From contig CAWETW010000003.1 in assembly GCA_963812155.1 (NCBI GenBank), positions 416,001-480,000 of the forward strand: a DNA stretch of 64,000 bases. Direction: 5' to 3'. The notes under the pieces are model-generated. The model saw only the letters and a program-made list of their open reading frames with translations, ran no database searches and had not been told where the DNA came from. Below, in pieces: positions 22,159-33,180 of this stretch (position 1 is its first letter; the number at the start of each line of letters is the position of its first letter). Source of the DNA: Vulcanimicrobiota bacterium. Lineage in GTDB: Bacteria > Vulcanimicrobiota > Vulcanimicrobiia > Vulcanimicrobiales > Vulcanimicrobiaceae. The translations under genes and the position numbers were made by a program.

Positions 22159-23151
22159 ATGATTGCAGCGGTGCGCCGTGCGGCCGATCCGTACGGCACG
22201 GTTCGAATCGAGGAATCCCCGATGCCGGAGCTGCGTCGCGGTGAGGTGCTGTTGCGCGTGCGCGCGTGCGGGGTGTGCCGGACCGATTTGCATATCGTCG
22301 ACGCCGAACTGCCGCCGCATCGCGAACGCGTGATTCCCGGCCACCAAATCGTCGGTGACGTTGCGGCGACCGGCGACGGAGTCGACGCGGCCTTAGAAGG
22401 CCGGCGCGTCGGCGTGTCGTGGCTCGGCGGCACCGACGGCACGTGCGAGCAATGCCAGGCCGCACGCGAGAACCTCTGCGACAACCCGGTTTTTACCGGA
22501 TACGATCGCGACGGCGGATACGCGCAGTACGCGAGCGCGCGCGCCGACTTCACGATTCCCCTGCCCTCCGAACTCGACGATCTCCACGCCGCGCCGCTGC
22601 TCTGCGCCGGAATCATCGGTTTTCGCGCGTTGCGCGTCGCGGGCGTCCAGCCCGGCGAACGCGTCGGGTTGTTCGGATTCGGTGCGTCGGCGCATCTCGC
22701 GCTCCAAGTGCTGCATGCGTGGGGATGCGCGACCTACGTCGCGACGCGAGGCGAAGGTCATCGCGCGTTTGCGCGCCGCTTGGGCGCAACCTGGGTGGGC
22801 GACGCGCTCGAAAAGCCGCCGGTAGGGCTCGATCGCGCGGTGACGTTCGCGCCGGCGGGCGAGGTGGTCGTCTCCGCGCTCGGATCGTTGCGCAAAGGCG
22901 GTGTGGTGGCGATCAACGCCATTCATCTCGATGCGATGCCGTCGTTCGACTACGATTCGCTGCTGTGGGGCGAACGCCAAATTCGCAGCGTTACGAACTC
23001 GACCCGTGCCGACGCTCGCGACTTTCTCGCGGTTGCGGCGGCGGAGCGCATCGTCGCCGAAGCGACCGCATTTTCGCTGCACGACGCATCGCGCGCCCTC
23101 GACGCGGTGCGCGGCGACGCGCTCGACGGCGCGGCGGTCATCGTTCCGTGA
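22159..23151 (+). CDS. Zinc-dependent alcohol dehydrogenase family protein
   Basis: CGVCRTDLH, PGHQIVG, C..C...RENLC, APLLCAGIIG, GFGAS. Confidence 0.92.
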   Translation: MIAAVRRAADPYGTVRIEESPMPELRRGEVLLRVRACGVCRTDLHIVDAELPPHRERVIPGHQIVGDVAATGDGVDAALEGRRVGVSWLGGTDGTCEQCQAARENLCDNPVFTGYDRDGGYAQYASARADFTIPLPSELDDLHAAPLLCAGIIGFRALRVAGVQPGERVGLFGFGASAHLALQVLHAWGCATYVATRGEGHRAFARRLGATWVGDALEKPPVGLDRAVTFAPAGEVVVSALGSLRKGGVVAINAIHLDAMPSFDYDSLLWGERQIRSVTNSTRADARDFLAVAAAERIVAEATAFSLHDASRALDAVRGDALDGAAVIVP

Positions 23152-23597
23152 GCCGTGGTTTCGTCAAGGACGACGACGACCGTCCCGAACGTCCGGCGGC
23201 GCGTCCCGTCAGCGACAAACCGAACTACGTGACGAGCCGCGGTTTGGCGGCGCTGCGGGCTGCGGCGGACCGAGCGCGAGCGGCCGGCGACAAGCGCAAC
23301 GCAGAATATTACGACGAGCGCGTCGCCAGCGCGGAAGTTCTCAACCCGAAATCCAGCGGCGATAAGGGCACGGTTGCATTCGGCCGAACCGTCGTCGGCC
23401 GCGACGAGCGCAGCGGCGCACCGATTCGGCTGCGGATCGTCGGAGAAGACGAAGCCGATCCGGCACACGGAACGATCAGTTGGATGTCGCCGTACGCCTC
23501 GGCGCTGCTCGGCCACCGCGCCGGCGACCGCGTCGTCGTGCAACGGCCCGCCGGTCCTGCGACCGTGGTCATCGAGGCAGTCGAGATCGAGAGCTGA
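23148..23597 (+). CDS. GreA/GreB-family elongation factor-like protein (short type)
   Basis: SRGFVKDDD...NYVTSRG...VAFG...RIVGEDEADPAHGTISWMSPYASALLG...GD. Confidence 0.85.
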   Translation: MSRGFVKDDDDRPERPAARPVSDKPNYVTSRGLAALRAAADRARAAGDKRNAEYYDERVASAEVLNPKSSGDKGTVAFGRTVVGRDERSGAPIRLRIVGEDEADPAHGTISWMSPYASALLGHRAGDRVVVQRPAGPATVVIEAVEIES

Positions 23598-23605
23598 GCG
23601 AGCGA

Positions 23606-25237
23606 GTGGATCCGCGGCTCAGCATCGTCATTCCCGTCTACGACAATTGGTGGCTGACGGCGCGATCGCTGCGCGCGCTCGACGCTTTGCGCGACGTCGC
23701 GCCGCGATTTGAAACGATCGTCGTCGACAACGCGTCGAGTGACGAAACGCCCGAAGGAATGCGCGCCTTCCCCTGGGTGCGCTACGATCGGCTCGAGCGC
23801 AATCAAAACTTTGCGGGGGCGTGTAACGCCGGCGCGCGCGCCGCAGCCGCACCCGTCGTGCTGTTTCTCAACAACGATGCCTATCCGATCGGCGATGCCC
23901 TGACGCCGCTGGTTGCGGCGTTCGATCGTCCCGAGGTCGCGATCGCCGGTGGCGCGCTCTTCTTCGAAGACGGCGTCACGCAGTGCGCCGGATTCGTCTT
24001 GCTCCCCAACGCACATTGGCACTATTCGCACCGCAATCTTCCGCCGTCTCTTCCCGGCGTCGCGCAATCGCGCGAAGCGCTCGCCGTGTCCGGCGCGGCG
24101 ATGGCGGTGCGCACGCAATCGTTTCTCGACGCGGGCGGTTTCGACGAAACGCTCGTCAACGGATTCGAAGACGTCGATCTCTGTATGCGCGTGCGCGAAC
24201 GCGGCGGCGCGATCGGCTACGTCGCGGAGTCGCGCTTCGCGCACTACGAAGCGGCCTCGGCTCGCCGCTACGCGCGCGAAGCCGACAACGAGGTGAAGTT
24301 TTACGCGCGCTGGGCGTCGCAGCTGGCCGCGCTGCCGCGAACCGGTCGAGGCAGCGTCGGCGCGATCGCGGTGCGCTCCGCGGGTTCGTCCCCGCTGGCG
24401 ATGGCGGCGCTCGAGGATCTGGAAGCCGCACTGCGCGCCTTCGGGCATCCGCTCGTGCCCGGCAGCATACGCCCGTGGCAGCGCCTCGACGCACGCTTCC
24501 GGGAAGGCGCGTCGCTCGGGTGGTTTGCCTCCGGGGTCGCCGCGCCGGGAGTCACCGTTGAAGGCGACGGCACGGCGCCGGCCGTGCTGCGCGCGCATGG
24601 TGCCTCCAACGTGTGCGTTCCGTGGCTTCCCTGCGCGAATGCCGAACGCGCCGCTGCGTTACCGTTGCGCTTCGATCCCGCGACCGAAACGATCGCCGTC
24701 GCCGGATTCGATGCGGCGCCGCCCGCGCGGCGCCACGATCTCGTCGCCGCGCTCGACGCGGTTGCATCGCGGCGGGATGCGATGCGTATTCTCGTTCTCA
24801 CGAACGACGGCGCGGCGAACGAACTCGTGCGGCATTTCGGCGGTCGGGCCGAATCCGTTTCGCTGCTCGCGACCGACGCCGCGGGGCGCTTTGCGACGGC
24901 GGGCGTCGTACACGCCGGCCTCACCGATCCGGCGGCATTCGGCAACGTGCTGCTTGCGCAAGCAGAACTGCCGTCGATCGTCGTCAACGACGATCTGCGC
25001 GCGATCTTCGCACGCGATGTGGCGACCTACGCCGGCGGCGATGCGAGCGCCGCGATCGAGCGCGTTCTCGCCGACGCCGATTTGCGGCTTCGCAACGCGC
25101 GTCTCGGTTCGGCCGATGCGCGCCGCCGCTTTTCGCCGCGGCGCTCGGCGGTTCGCGTCGTCGATGTGCTGTGCGCCGCGCGCTTCGGCCTCGAACGCCC
25201 CGAGCCCGCCCGCACCAACTCTCCGCTCGAGCGCTGA
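23606..25237 (+). CDS. Glycosyltransferase family 2 with C-terminal extension
   Basis: SIVIPVYD, IVVDNASSD, NFAGACNAGA, LFLNNDA, GGFDE...EDVDLC. Confidence 0.88.
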   Translation: MDPRLSIVIPVYDNWWLTARSLRALDALRDVAPRFETIVVDNASSDETPEGMRAFPWVRYDRLERNQNFAGACNAGARAAAAPVVLFLNNDAYPIGDALTPLVAAFDRPEVAIAGGALFFEDGVTQCAGFVLLPNAHWHYSHRNLPPSLPGVAQSREALAVSGAAMAVRTQSFLDAGGFDETLVNGFEDVDLCMRVRERGGAIGYVAESRFAHYEAASARRYAREADNEVKFYARWASQLAALPRTGRGSVGAIAVRSAGSSPLAMAALEDLEAALRAFGHPLVPGSIRPWQRLDARFREGASLGWFASGVAAPGVTVEGDGTAPAVLRAHGASNVCVPWLPCANAERAAALPLRFDPATETIAVAGFDAAPPARRHDLVAALDAVASRRDAMRILVLTNDGAANELVRHFGGRAESVSLLATDAAGRFATAGVVHAGLTDPAAFGNVLLAQAELPSIVVNDDLRAIFARDVATYAGGDASAAIERVLADADLRLRNARLGSADARRRFSPRRSAVRVVDVLCAARFGLERPEPARTNSPLER

Positions 25238-25244
25238 CGCGAGC

Positions 25245-25362
25245 TCCTTCGACTGCGCGCCGTCGGCGCTCCGCTCAGGATGACACAGAGGACGCCTTCG
25301 CTCAGGATGACACAGAGAAGCTCCACTCAGGATGACACCGAGGAGTTCCGCTTAGGATGACA
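25245..25362 (-). repeat. REP-like array, 4 units, same family as the GIY-YIG flanks
   Basis: Complete unit TCCTTCGACTGCGCGCCGTCGGCGCTCCGCTCAGGATGACA (25245-25285), then units ending at 25312, 25337, 25362. Confidence 0.93.
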
Positions 25363-26942
25363 CAAGGGGCGGGCCGTAGCCGCCGCCGCCGGGCGTTTGC
25401 ACGACGAGCACGTCGCCGGGTTCGAGCGTGAGCGTCGCTTTTGCACGCGAGCGGCGTTTCGCGTCCGTCGCGAATCAACGCGTGGCGGCCGCACGTTCCG
25501 GGTTCGCCGCCTTGCGCGCCGGCCGGCGCCAGCGTATGGCGATCGGCGAGCAGCGATGCTTGCGCGGTGCCGTCAACGAGTTCGATCGCGCGCACGAGAC
25601 CGCAGCCGCCGCGGTAGCGTCCGGCACCGCCGGTGCCGCCGGCGAATTCGTACCGCACGACGCGTAACGGATAGTCGCGTTCGATCGCTTCGATCGGCGT
25701 GTTCGACGTGTTGGTCATGTGGCATTGAATGCCGTCGATGCCGTCGTCGTTCGGACGCGCGCCCATGCCGCAGCCGATCGTCTCGTAGAACGCCCAAGTT
25801 CGTCCGTCTGCGCGCGTGCCGCCGAGCATCACGTTGCTCATCGTGCCGCCGCTCGACGCCGGAACGCGATCCGGTACGGCGCGCGCCAGCGCTTGCAGCA
25901 CGACCTCGGCGTTGCGCGTGCTCGTTTCGACGTTGCCGCCCGAAACCGGCGCCGGCCGCCGCGGATTCAACAGCGTTCCCTCGGGAACGAACACGTCAAC
26001 CGGTCGAAAGCAGCCGTCGTTCATCGGAATCGTGGGATCGGTCACGGCCCGCAGGGCGTAATGGACGCCCGACAGCGTGACGCCGAAGACGGCGTTGAGC
26101 GGAGCCGCGATCTGCCGGCACGTTCCGGTGTAGTCCAAACTTGCGCTTCCATCGCGCAACGTCAACGCGAGCGCGATGCGCAGCGACGGCACGCCGCCGG
26201 CATCCTCGAGGAAATCCTCGGCTTCGAAGCGTCCGTCGCCGAGCTCGACGAGCGCGTTGCGCATGCGCGTTTCGCTGTCGTCGAGAATACGATCGACGGC
26301 ACGCGCGAGAAATTGCGCGCCATACCGTTCGCAGAGTTCGATCAGCCGGCGTTCGCCCGTGTAGTTGCCGGCCGTCTGCGCGCGCAAATCTCCGCCGCGC
26401 GCCTCCGGCGTCCGGGAGTTGGCGGCGAACAACGCGAGCGTCGCCGCGACCGGCGCGTCGTTTTCGACCAGCCGCATCGGCGGCACGACGAGACCTTCCG
26501 CAAACAAATCCACCGCGGCGACCGGCATCGAACCCGGCGCGCTGCCGCCGACGTCGGCGTGATGCGCTTTGTTGGCCGCATAACCAACGAGCGCGTCATG
26601 GAAGAAAACGGGACGCACGACGGTGACGTCGTTGAGGTGGGTGCCGGTAACGTACGGATCGTTGGCGACCCACATGTCGCCGGCGCGCATTCCGCCGCAC
26701 TCCGCCTCGATCACGCGCAGCATCTGCGTCAGCCCCCACGGCAGCGATCCCAGATGCACGGGAATGTGCTCGGCCTGCGCGATCAAACGTCCGCGCGCGT
26801 CGAAGAGCGCGCACGAATGGTCGAGGCGTTCCTTGACGTTCGGCGAGTATGCGCTATTGCGAACGGCGACGCCCATCTCTTCGCTCGCGTACACGAGCGC
26901 GTTGGCAATCACTTCGACTGCAACCGGATCGACTCGTTTCAC
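25352..26942 (-). CDS. Hydantoinase B/oxoprolinase family protein, frameshift at about 25440
   Basis: SAYSPNVKERLDHSCALFD, HIPVHLGS, NDPYVTGTHLND, YETIGCGMGA, NTPIEAIE; removing one A restores TLEPGDVLVVQTPGGGGYG. Confidence 0.9.
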
Positions 26943-29063
26943 GCTTTTGCCTCGCGGTCGAGCACCAGCAGGTCTTCGTGCACGCGCAACGTCCAGCCGG
27001 GCGCGACGTACGTCGTCGTGTCGTACTGCTCGACGATCGCAGCACCGCGTATCATGTCGCCGCCGGCAAGCGCGTCGCGCGCATACACCGGTGACGACGC
27101 GAAACGATTTCCAAGCCACACGGGGCGTTCGCCGGCCTGCGGCACCTCTCGCGCTTCGACGCCGCGGCCCGCGGCCGCTTCGCTCAGCGTGACACTGGGA
27201 GGCGCGGCGCTCGGCGTGACGGCGGCAGCGGTCGCCGGCGCGAAACTGCCGGTGGCGGTGAGACGGGCGCCGACGATTTCGATGCGTTCGTCCGGCGCGT
27301 CGTATCCGTAACGCGCGCGGTGCGCGGCGTGGAAGGCTTGCGCGGCGCCGTCTCGGGAGCCGTCGTACGGAATCGTCAGCTCGAAGCTTTGGCCCACGTA
27401 TCGCGCTTCGAGTTCCCGTCGAAACTCAATCGTGCCGTCATCTGCGCCTTGTGCGCGCAGCGCGTCGCGTCCGCGCGCTTCCCATTCGTCGAACGTGCGA
27501 TCGAGGGCGGCGGGGTCAACGTCGTCGAGCACGCGCATGACCGGCGCGGTGAAGCGTTCGCGCAGCTCTGCAGCGAGCAAACCTTGGGCCGAGAAGACCC
27601 CGGGGCGCGCGGGAACGAGAATGCGCGCGATGCCGAGTTCCTCGGCGAGCGCGCACGCGTGCAGCGGGCCGCCTCCCCCGAACGCTGCTAGCGTGAAGGC
27701 GCGCGGATCGAGTCCCCGTTCGAGCGTCACGATGCGCAGCGCCTTAGCCATCTGCGCGTCGACGATCGTCACGATGCCGGCGGCGGTCTGCTCGACGCTC
27801 AGGCCTACAGCGTTGGCGAGCGCCGAGATCGCGGCGTGGGAGCGACTCGACTCGATTGGAAACGTGCCGCCGAGTAACGCGCCGGAATTCGAGCCGTCCG
27901 AGCACGACGTTCGCGTCGGTGACCGTCGCGCGATCCGATTCGCCGTAACACGCCGGCCCCGGATCGGCGCCTGCCGATAGCGGTCCCACGCGCAGCGCGC
28001 CCGCGCCGTCGACCCACGCGATCGTGCCGCCGCCCGCGCTTACCTCTGCGAGATCGACGAACGGAAAGCGCACCGGATAGCCGCTGCCTTTGACCGCGCG
28101 GCCGCTGTGCGTTCGTCCTGCGGCCTCGAACTCCGACGTGACTTGCGCGACGCCGTCGACGATCGCGCCGGCCTTCGCCGTCGTGCCGCCCATGTCGAAC
28201 GAAAGGAGGCGGCGCACGCCGTTTTGCCGGCCGAGCGCCGCGGCGGCGACCGCGCCGCCGGCCGGTCCGCTTTCGATGGTTGCCGCGGGATGCGTCGCAG
28301 CGCGGGCGGCAGTCGCCAATCCGCCGTCGCTGTGCATGACGTACAGCGGAACGCGTACGCCGCGCTCGTGCAACGCCGCCGAAACGCGGTCGAGATAACG
28401 GGCGACGATCGGCACGAGCGCCGCGTTGACGACGGCGGTCGAGAAGCGTTCGTACTCGCGATACTCCGGATCGACGTCTGACGACGCGACGACGGCGGCG
28501 TTCGGGAGCGCCTTCGCGACGGCTTCGGCAACGCGCCGCTCGTGCGCGCCGTTCGCATAGGCGTTGAGCAAACACACGGCGACCGCGGCCACGCCGGGAC
28601 GCGCCCGGAGATCGTCGCACACGCCGGCGAGCGACGCTTCGTCGAGCGGCTCGACGATTTCGCCGCCGGCGCCGATCCGTTCGCCCACGGTCAGACGGTC
28701 GTCGCGCGCGACCAGCGGCACCGGCCGCCGCACGAAAAGATCGTAGATCGCGCTGCGGTTTTGGCGCCCGATTTCGATGACGTCGCGAAAGCCGCGCGTG
28801 GTGACCATCGCGATGCGCGGCAACTCCAGGCCGATTTGGCCGAGCAGTGCGTTGGTGGCAATCGTGGTCGAAAGGCCGAGAAAGTCGACGGCTGAGGCGT
28901 CGCACCGGCACGCGTCGAGGGCGGCGTCGAAAGCAGCGAGCACGCCGCGTTCCGGTTCGCGCGGCGTGCTCGGGATCTTCAACGAAAGTACGTTGCCGGT
29001 TTCGGAATCGAGCGCCGCGACGTCCGTAAACGTGCCGCCGACGTCGATGCCTACACGCAACAT
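26939..29063 (-). CDS. Hydantoinase A/oxoprolinase family protein, frameshift at about 27890
   Basis: GIDVGGTFTD, EYERFSTAVVNA, ESGPAGG, DMGGTT, SAGADPGPACY, TVTDAN; C-terminal half GLDPRAF...FGGGGPLHA...RYVGQSFEL. Confidence 0.9.
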
Positions 29064-29067
29064 CTCC

Positions 29068-29430
29068 TCAATCGGGGCTGATGCAGGCCAGTTGATTCTT
29101 CCACTTCACTTGGACGTTCTTCGCGTTGACCGTGTGCGCGTGTCCGTTGGCCGTTGCAACGGCCGATTTTCCGGTCGCGTCGTTGGTGAACGTCACCGTA
29201 TCGACGCCTGACGTGGACGTATCGACGTCTTCGGAAACGCCGGGCTGGGCGGCGACGCGGGCGTGACCCAGCGTAAACGTGACGCTGCCCAACGAACCGC
29301 TGCACGCGGAAATGGCCTGTTTGAACGAGAGCGACGACGGCTGCAGCGTCACCGTCTGCGAGGCGGCGCCGGCGGCGGCCGTGGCGATCAGGAGCGCAAA
29401 CGATGCCGTAATACCGGCGAGTGCTTTCAT
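29068..29430 (-). CDS. Secreted hypothetical protein
   Basis: MKALAGITASFALLIATAAAGA signal peptide; beta-rich with a Cys pair; GAGGGG RBS upstream. Confidence 0.65.
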   Translation of the reverse strand: MKALAGITASFALLIATAAAGAASQTVTLQPSSLSFKQAISACSGSLGSVTFTLGHARVAAQPGVSEDVDTSTSGVDTVTFTNDATGKSAVATANGHAHTVNAKNVQVKWKNQLACISPD

Positions 29431-29446
29431 AACGAAGATGACCCCC

Positions 29447-32400
29447 TCAAATTGAGCGATTGCGCTCACCTTGGCGCGCGGGTTCGGCGGCCCCTCTCTC
29501 GGCACGCTCGGCAAACGCGCAAAGCAAGTTGGCCAGAGCCATCTGCTCGGGCGTGCGGCAGGGGATGTCGAGCAAGCGCGGGCTGCAAACCAATATACTC
29601 AACGCTCGGGCGCGCGAGATTGCGACGTTGAAGCGGTTTCGTTCGAAAAGGAACTCCATCGTGCGCGGCAGTTGCTCGCCGCTCGAGGTCGCCATCGAGT
29701 AAAAGACCACGGCGGCCTCGCGGCCTTGGAACTTATCGACCGTTCCGACCTCCACCGAGGATCCGTTCGAGCGTCAGCATTCGCCGGATTAGACGGCGCT
29801 GCGCGTTGTAGGGCGAGACGACGATGACGTCTTCATCGGTGAGCGGGCGCCGCATGCCCGCCTTCGTCGCGGGCTGCGAATCGCTCACCTCACCGCCGCG
29901 CAATCGCAAAATCTCGCGCACGACCGCCTCGGCCTCTTCGATCGACGATGAGGCGTTGCCGTCGTGCTCGATAGGAAAATACTCGAGCCCGGCGCGCCGT
30001 TCGCCGGCAACGTAGACCGCGTGCAGCTCCGCCTCCGGCTTGGGCATCAGACGGCCTTCGTAGGATGCGTCGGAGACGTAGGCGCAGATCTCCGGCTGCA
30101 TCCGGTACGAGACGTCGAGAAAGACGCCGCGGCGTTCGGGTACCGTCTCGTGCGGGCCGAGCAGATGCTGCAGCACCGAGTCGCCGGCCGCAAGCGGCTG
30201 AATGCCTTGGCTCACCTGCGCCAGTTGTGCCGGATCGCCGAGCAGCACGACGTTCTTGGCACAGCCCGAAACGGCCAGCGCGTCGGCGAGTGCGACTTGC
30301 CCGGCTTCGTCGATGAAGATGTAATCGAACGCGCCGTCGAGTTCTTTGCGCGCGAAGAGCCACGACGTGCCGGCCGCGAGATCGAAGTCCCAGCCGTCGA
30401 AATCCTCGTTCTTTGCCGTGACGCCGATCATCGCGTCCGGCAGCGGCGACACGTACAGCGATCCTTCGTTGTCTTTGGTGTACTTGTAGAGGCCGCGGAA
30501 GCGCAGTTCGCGCTCGGCCATCTCGCGCTCGACGCGGTGCAGCAGCGTGTGAATCGCTTTATGTCCGGTGCTCGTGACGCCGACGCGCTTCCCTCGCTGG
30601 AGCAAGTCGCAAATCACGTGTGCCCCGGTCGTGGTCTTCCCGCTTCCCGGAGGGCCCTGGATGAAAAGATAACTCGAATCCAGCGATTGGACGATCGCGC
30701 TGACCGCCGCAGCGTCGACATGGCGAGGTTGAATCGGCGCTCCGGGTGCGACGCCGCCTACGCGCGGATCGCTCGCGCAGAGCAGATCGAAGGTCGCCGG
30801 GCGTTGCGCCGGCAGCGCCCCCGCGACGAAGGATTCGGCAATGCGCCGGAGCGCGCCGCGCTGCGCGCGAGTTGAGGGCGGCCCGGCCGGGATCAGCGCG
30901 GTGACCGCGCGCGCGCTGTCGAGATCGCCGGTCCATTTCAGTTCGAGCCGGTTCTCCGTTCCGTCGTCGTGCAGTGAGACGATCGTGCCGCTCTTCCTCG
31001 TGAGCGGGTCGCACACCGCATCGTGCGGCCCGAGTTTGTAATGCTGATTTGGAAACGCGTACGTATAGATGAAGCTCTTTTTCACGGGCCGCGGCGCAAT
31101 TCGTTCGTCGAGGTGCATGCCGCCGATCGCTTCGCGATCGAATTCCTGGAGTTCGTCGACGTTTTCGCAGCGATCGAAATACTGCCACCACGCCGGCTTT
31201 TCTTCGCGGCGGTGATATGCCAGCAGATTGCCCAGCAGATAGCGCGCGCGCTTGAGCGGCGCCATCGCGCGGAACTCGCCTTCCGACTGCGGCGCAAGGA
31301 CGTCGCGCAGCAGAAGGCGCTCGAGTTCGCTCGTCCGCTCTTCCTCGCGCTGGGCTGCGCGGCGGCCGTCGCACGTTTTGCAGCCGTCGACGTACTCGGC
31401 GTGGCAGGGTTCGTCGGGCGACTTCAACGGCCGCAGCGGCAGATCGACGCCGAACGCCGCGATGGCCTCAGGGCGTCGCGCCAGCAGCCACTCGCGCAGG
31501 CGATACGTCGATTCGCAATCGTCTTTGTTGTACGCTTCGATGTCGGCGAGAATTGCCGGGTCGCGACGTTGAAGCCACTCCTCGAACATGACGATCGACT
31601 CGTCGCCTTTCTTGACGTCCGTTTCGCGAATCTGCTGGTAGAGTTTCTCGACGTTCTTGAGGCCGTAGCGTTCCTCGGAGACCACCAGCGTCTGGCGTAC
31701 GACGGCGAAAAGATCGACGAACACCTCGCCGCGCAAAAGGACGTCAATCTCGTTTTCGCGCGTGCAGTGCGCTTGCGCGAGGCGGCGCAGCGCCGTTTTT
31801 TCGTACGACGCGTAGTGATAGACGTGCAGGCCGGGATATGTCCGGCGACGCGTCCACGATGAAATCGACGAAGGCTTCGAACGCCGCTCTTTCGGCGTCG
31901 CGATCGCAGCCCCAAAAGGCCCGGAAGCGCGGCTCGTCGTCGGGGAGCCAGCAGCCGAAGAGATACTCGAGCCCGCGACGCGGTTCGTAGAGCGGGTCGC
32001 CCTCCATGTCGAAAAACACGTCGCCCGGCGCCGGCGCGGGCAAGAGCGAGAAACCCATCGGCGGTGCGTGCTGGATCAGTTCGTGATGGATGCCGCCTTC
32101 CTCACGCGCTCGCAGTTGAAGGCGCGCCTGACGGCGCAGCTTTACGAACGTCTCCGCACTCATGCCCTCGGGACGCGCGCCGTCGTTTGCGTGCGCGAGT
32201 GCGGCGGCGCCCGCGATGCCGGCGGCTTCGAGTTTGGCAATTTGATTGCGCCGCATCCCAGCCACCAGGCTGAGGTGATCGTCGGCTCTTCGCTTGGCCT
32301 TGCAGGCGTCGTCCCAGTCGGCAGATCGTGCAGTGGGTGATGCGGTAGGGATAGGTCGTCGCATCGGCCGCTTCGGTCCGCACGGGATCCTCGACGAACT

Positions 32401-33004
32401 CGAGATAGCGCGATTTCAAATGCCGGTAATACGCGAGGTAGTCGTGCAGGCGAAAGCGTTCCTCGCTGCCGTCGCCGAGCACGATCGAGCCGTGTGCCGG
32501 CATCACGCCCTGGATTCGCTCGAGGTGTTCGCCGTAGTTACAGAGCTGGACGAGAAAGTACGGCTTCGAGGCGAGCGCCAACTTCGTGTCGAGCACCTCG
32601 TAGCTCCACGCACCGAGTTGCGACGGCCGTTCCACGCGGTGCAGAAAGTCCGCGTGTCCGACGAATGCGCCGTCGAAAAACGTCGCTTGATAGAGAATCG
32701 GGACGCCCGCCGCCATCGCGTCGCGCGTCTGGCGTTCGGCGTCGTACAACGCTTCAAAGGTATTCTGCGCGCGCTCGAACGCAACGACGCCTTCGCTGCC
32801 GTGCACCTCGCGAAGGCGTTCGAGGTGTCGTTCCTCGTGTTCGATGCCTTTTTTCCGAATGAGGTCGCCGCGCGGGTCGTCGACGGTGGGTGTCGTCAAC
32901 TTCCCGCGCGCGACCAGCGCCTCCAATTCGGTCAGGCGTCTGCACTGCAAATAGTCGTTGAGGTCGCTCGCCGAATGGACGAGCCGCCCTTCGATAATTT
33001 GCAT
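29447..33004 (-). CDS. TM0106-family RecB-like nuclease fused to RNase H-like and SF1 (DNA2/NAM7-type) helicase domains; three frameshifts (about 32325, 31850, 29765)
   Basis: SASDL...C, GHADFL...YEVLDTKLA...QLCNY; FFDMEGDP, HVYHYASYE, YGLKNVE, YNKDDC; IQGPPGSGKT, IDEAGQ, GDPAQL, SYRM, SPYNAQ, GTVDKFQGREA, NRFNVAISRA. Confidence 0.88.
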
Positions 33005-33006
33005 GC

Positions 33007-33174
33007 GTCCTTCGACTACGCGCTACGCGCTGCGCTCAGGATGACACATACGCGCTACGCGCTGCGCTCAGGATGACACATACGCGCTACGCGCTGCGCT
33101 CAGGATGACACATACGCGCTACGCGCTGCGCTCAGGATGACACATACGCGCTACGCGCTGCGCTCAGGATGACA
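33007..33174 (-). repeat. REP-like array: one complete unit plus four perfect 32-bp tandem copies
   Basis: GTCCTTCGACTACGCGCTACGCGCTGCGCTCAGGATGACA (33007-33046), then (CATACGCGCTACGCGCTGCGCTCAGGATGACA)x4. Confidence 0.96.
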
Positions 33175-33180
33175 CCATTC

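Noticed and set aside
29447..33004. Programmed frameshifting or a split multi-gene operon in the TM0106 locus
   Set aside because: No slippery heptamers at the junctions; the same +1 insertion pattern occurs throughout the window.
33007..33174. CRISPR array next to a RecB/Cas4-like nuclease-helicase
   Set aside because: Units are contiguous and identical with no unique spacers, there are no cas1/cas2 or effector genes, and the repeat belongs to the REP-like family.
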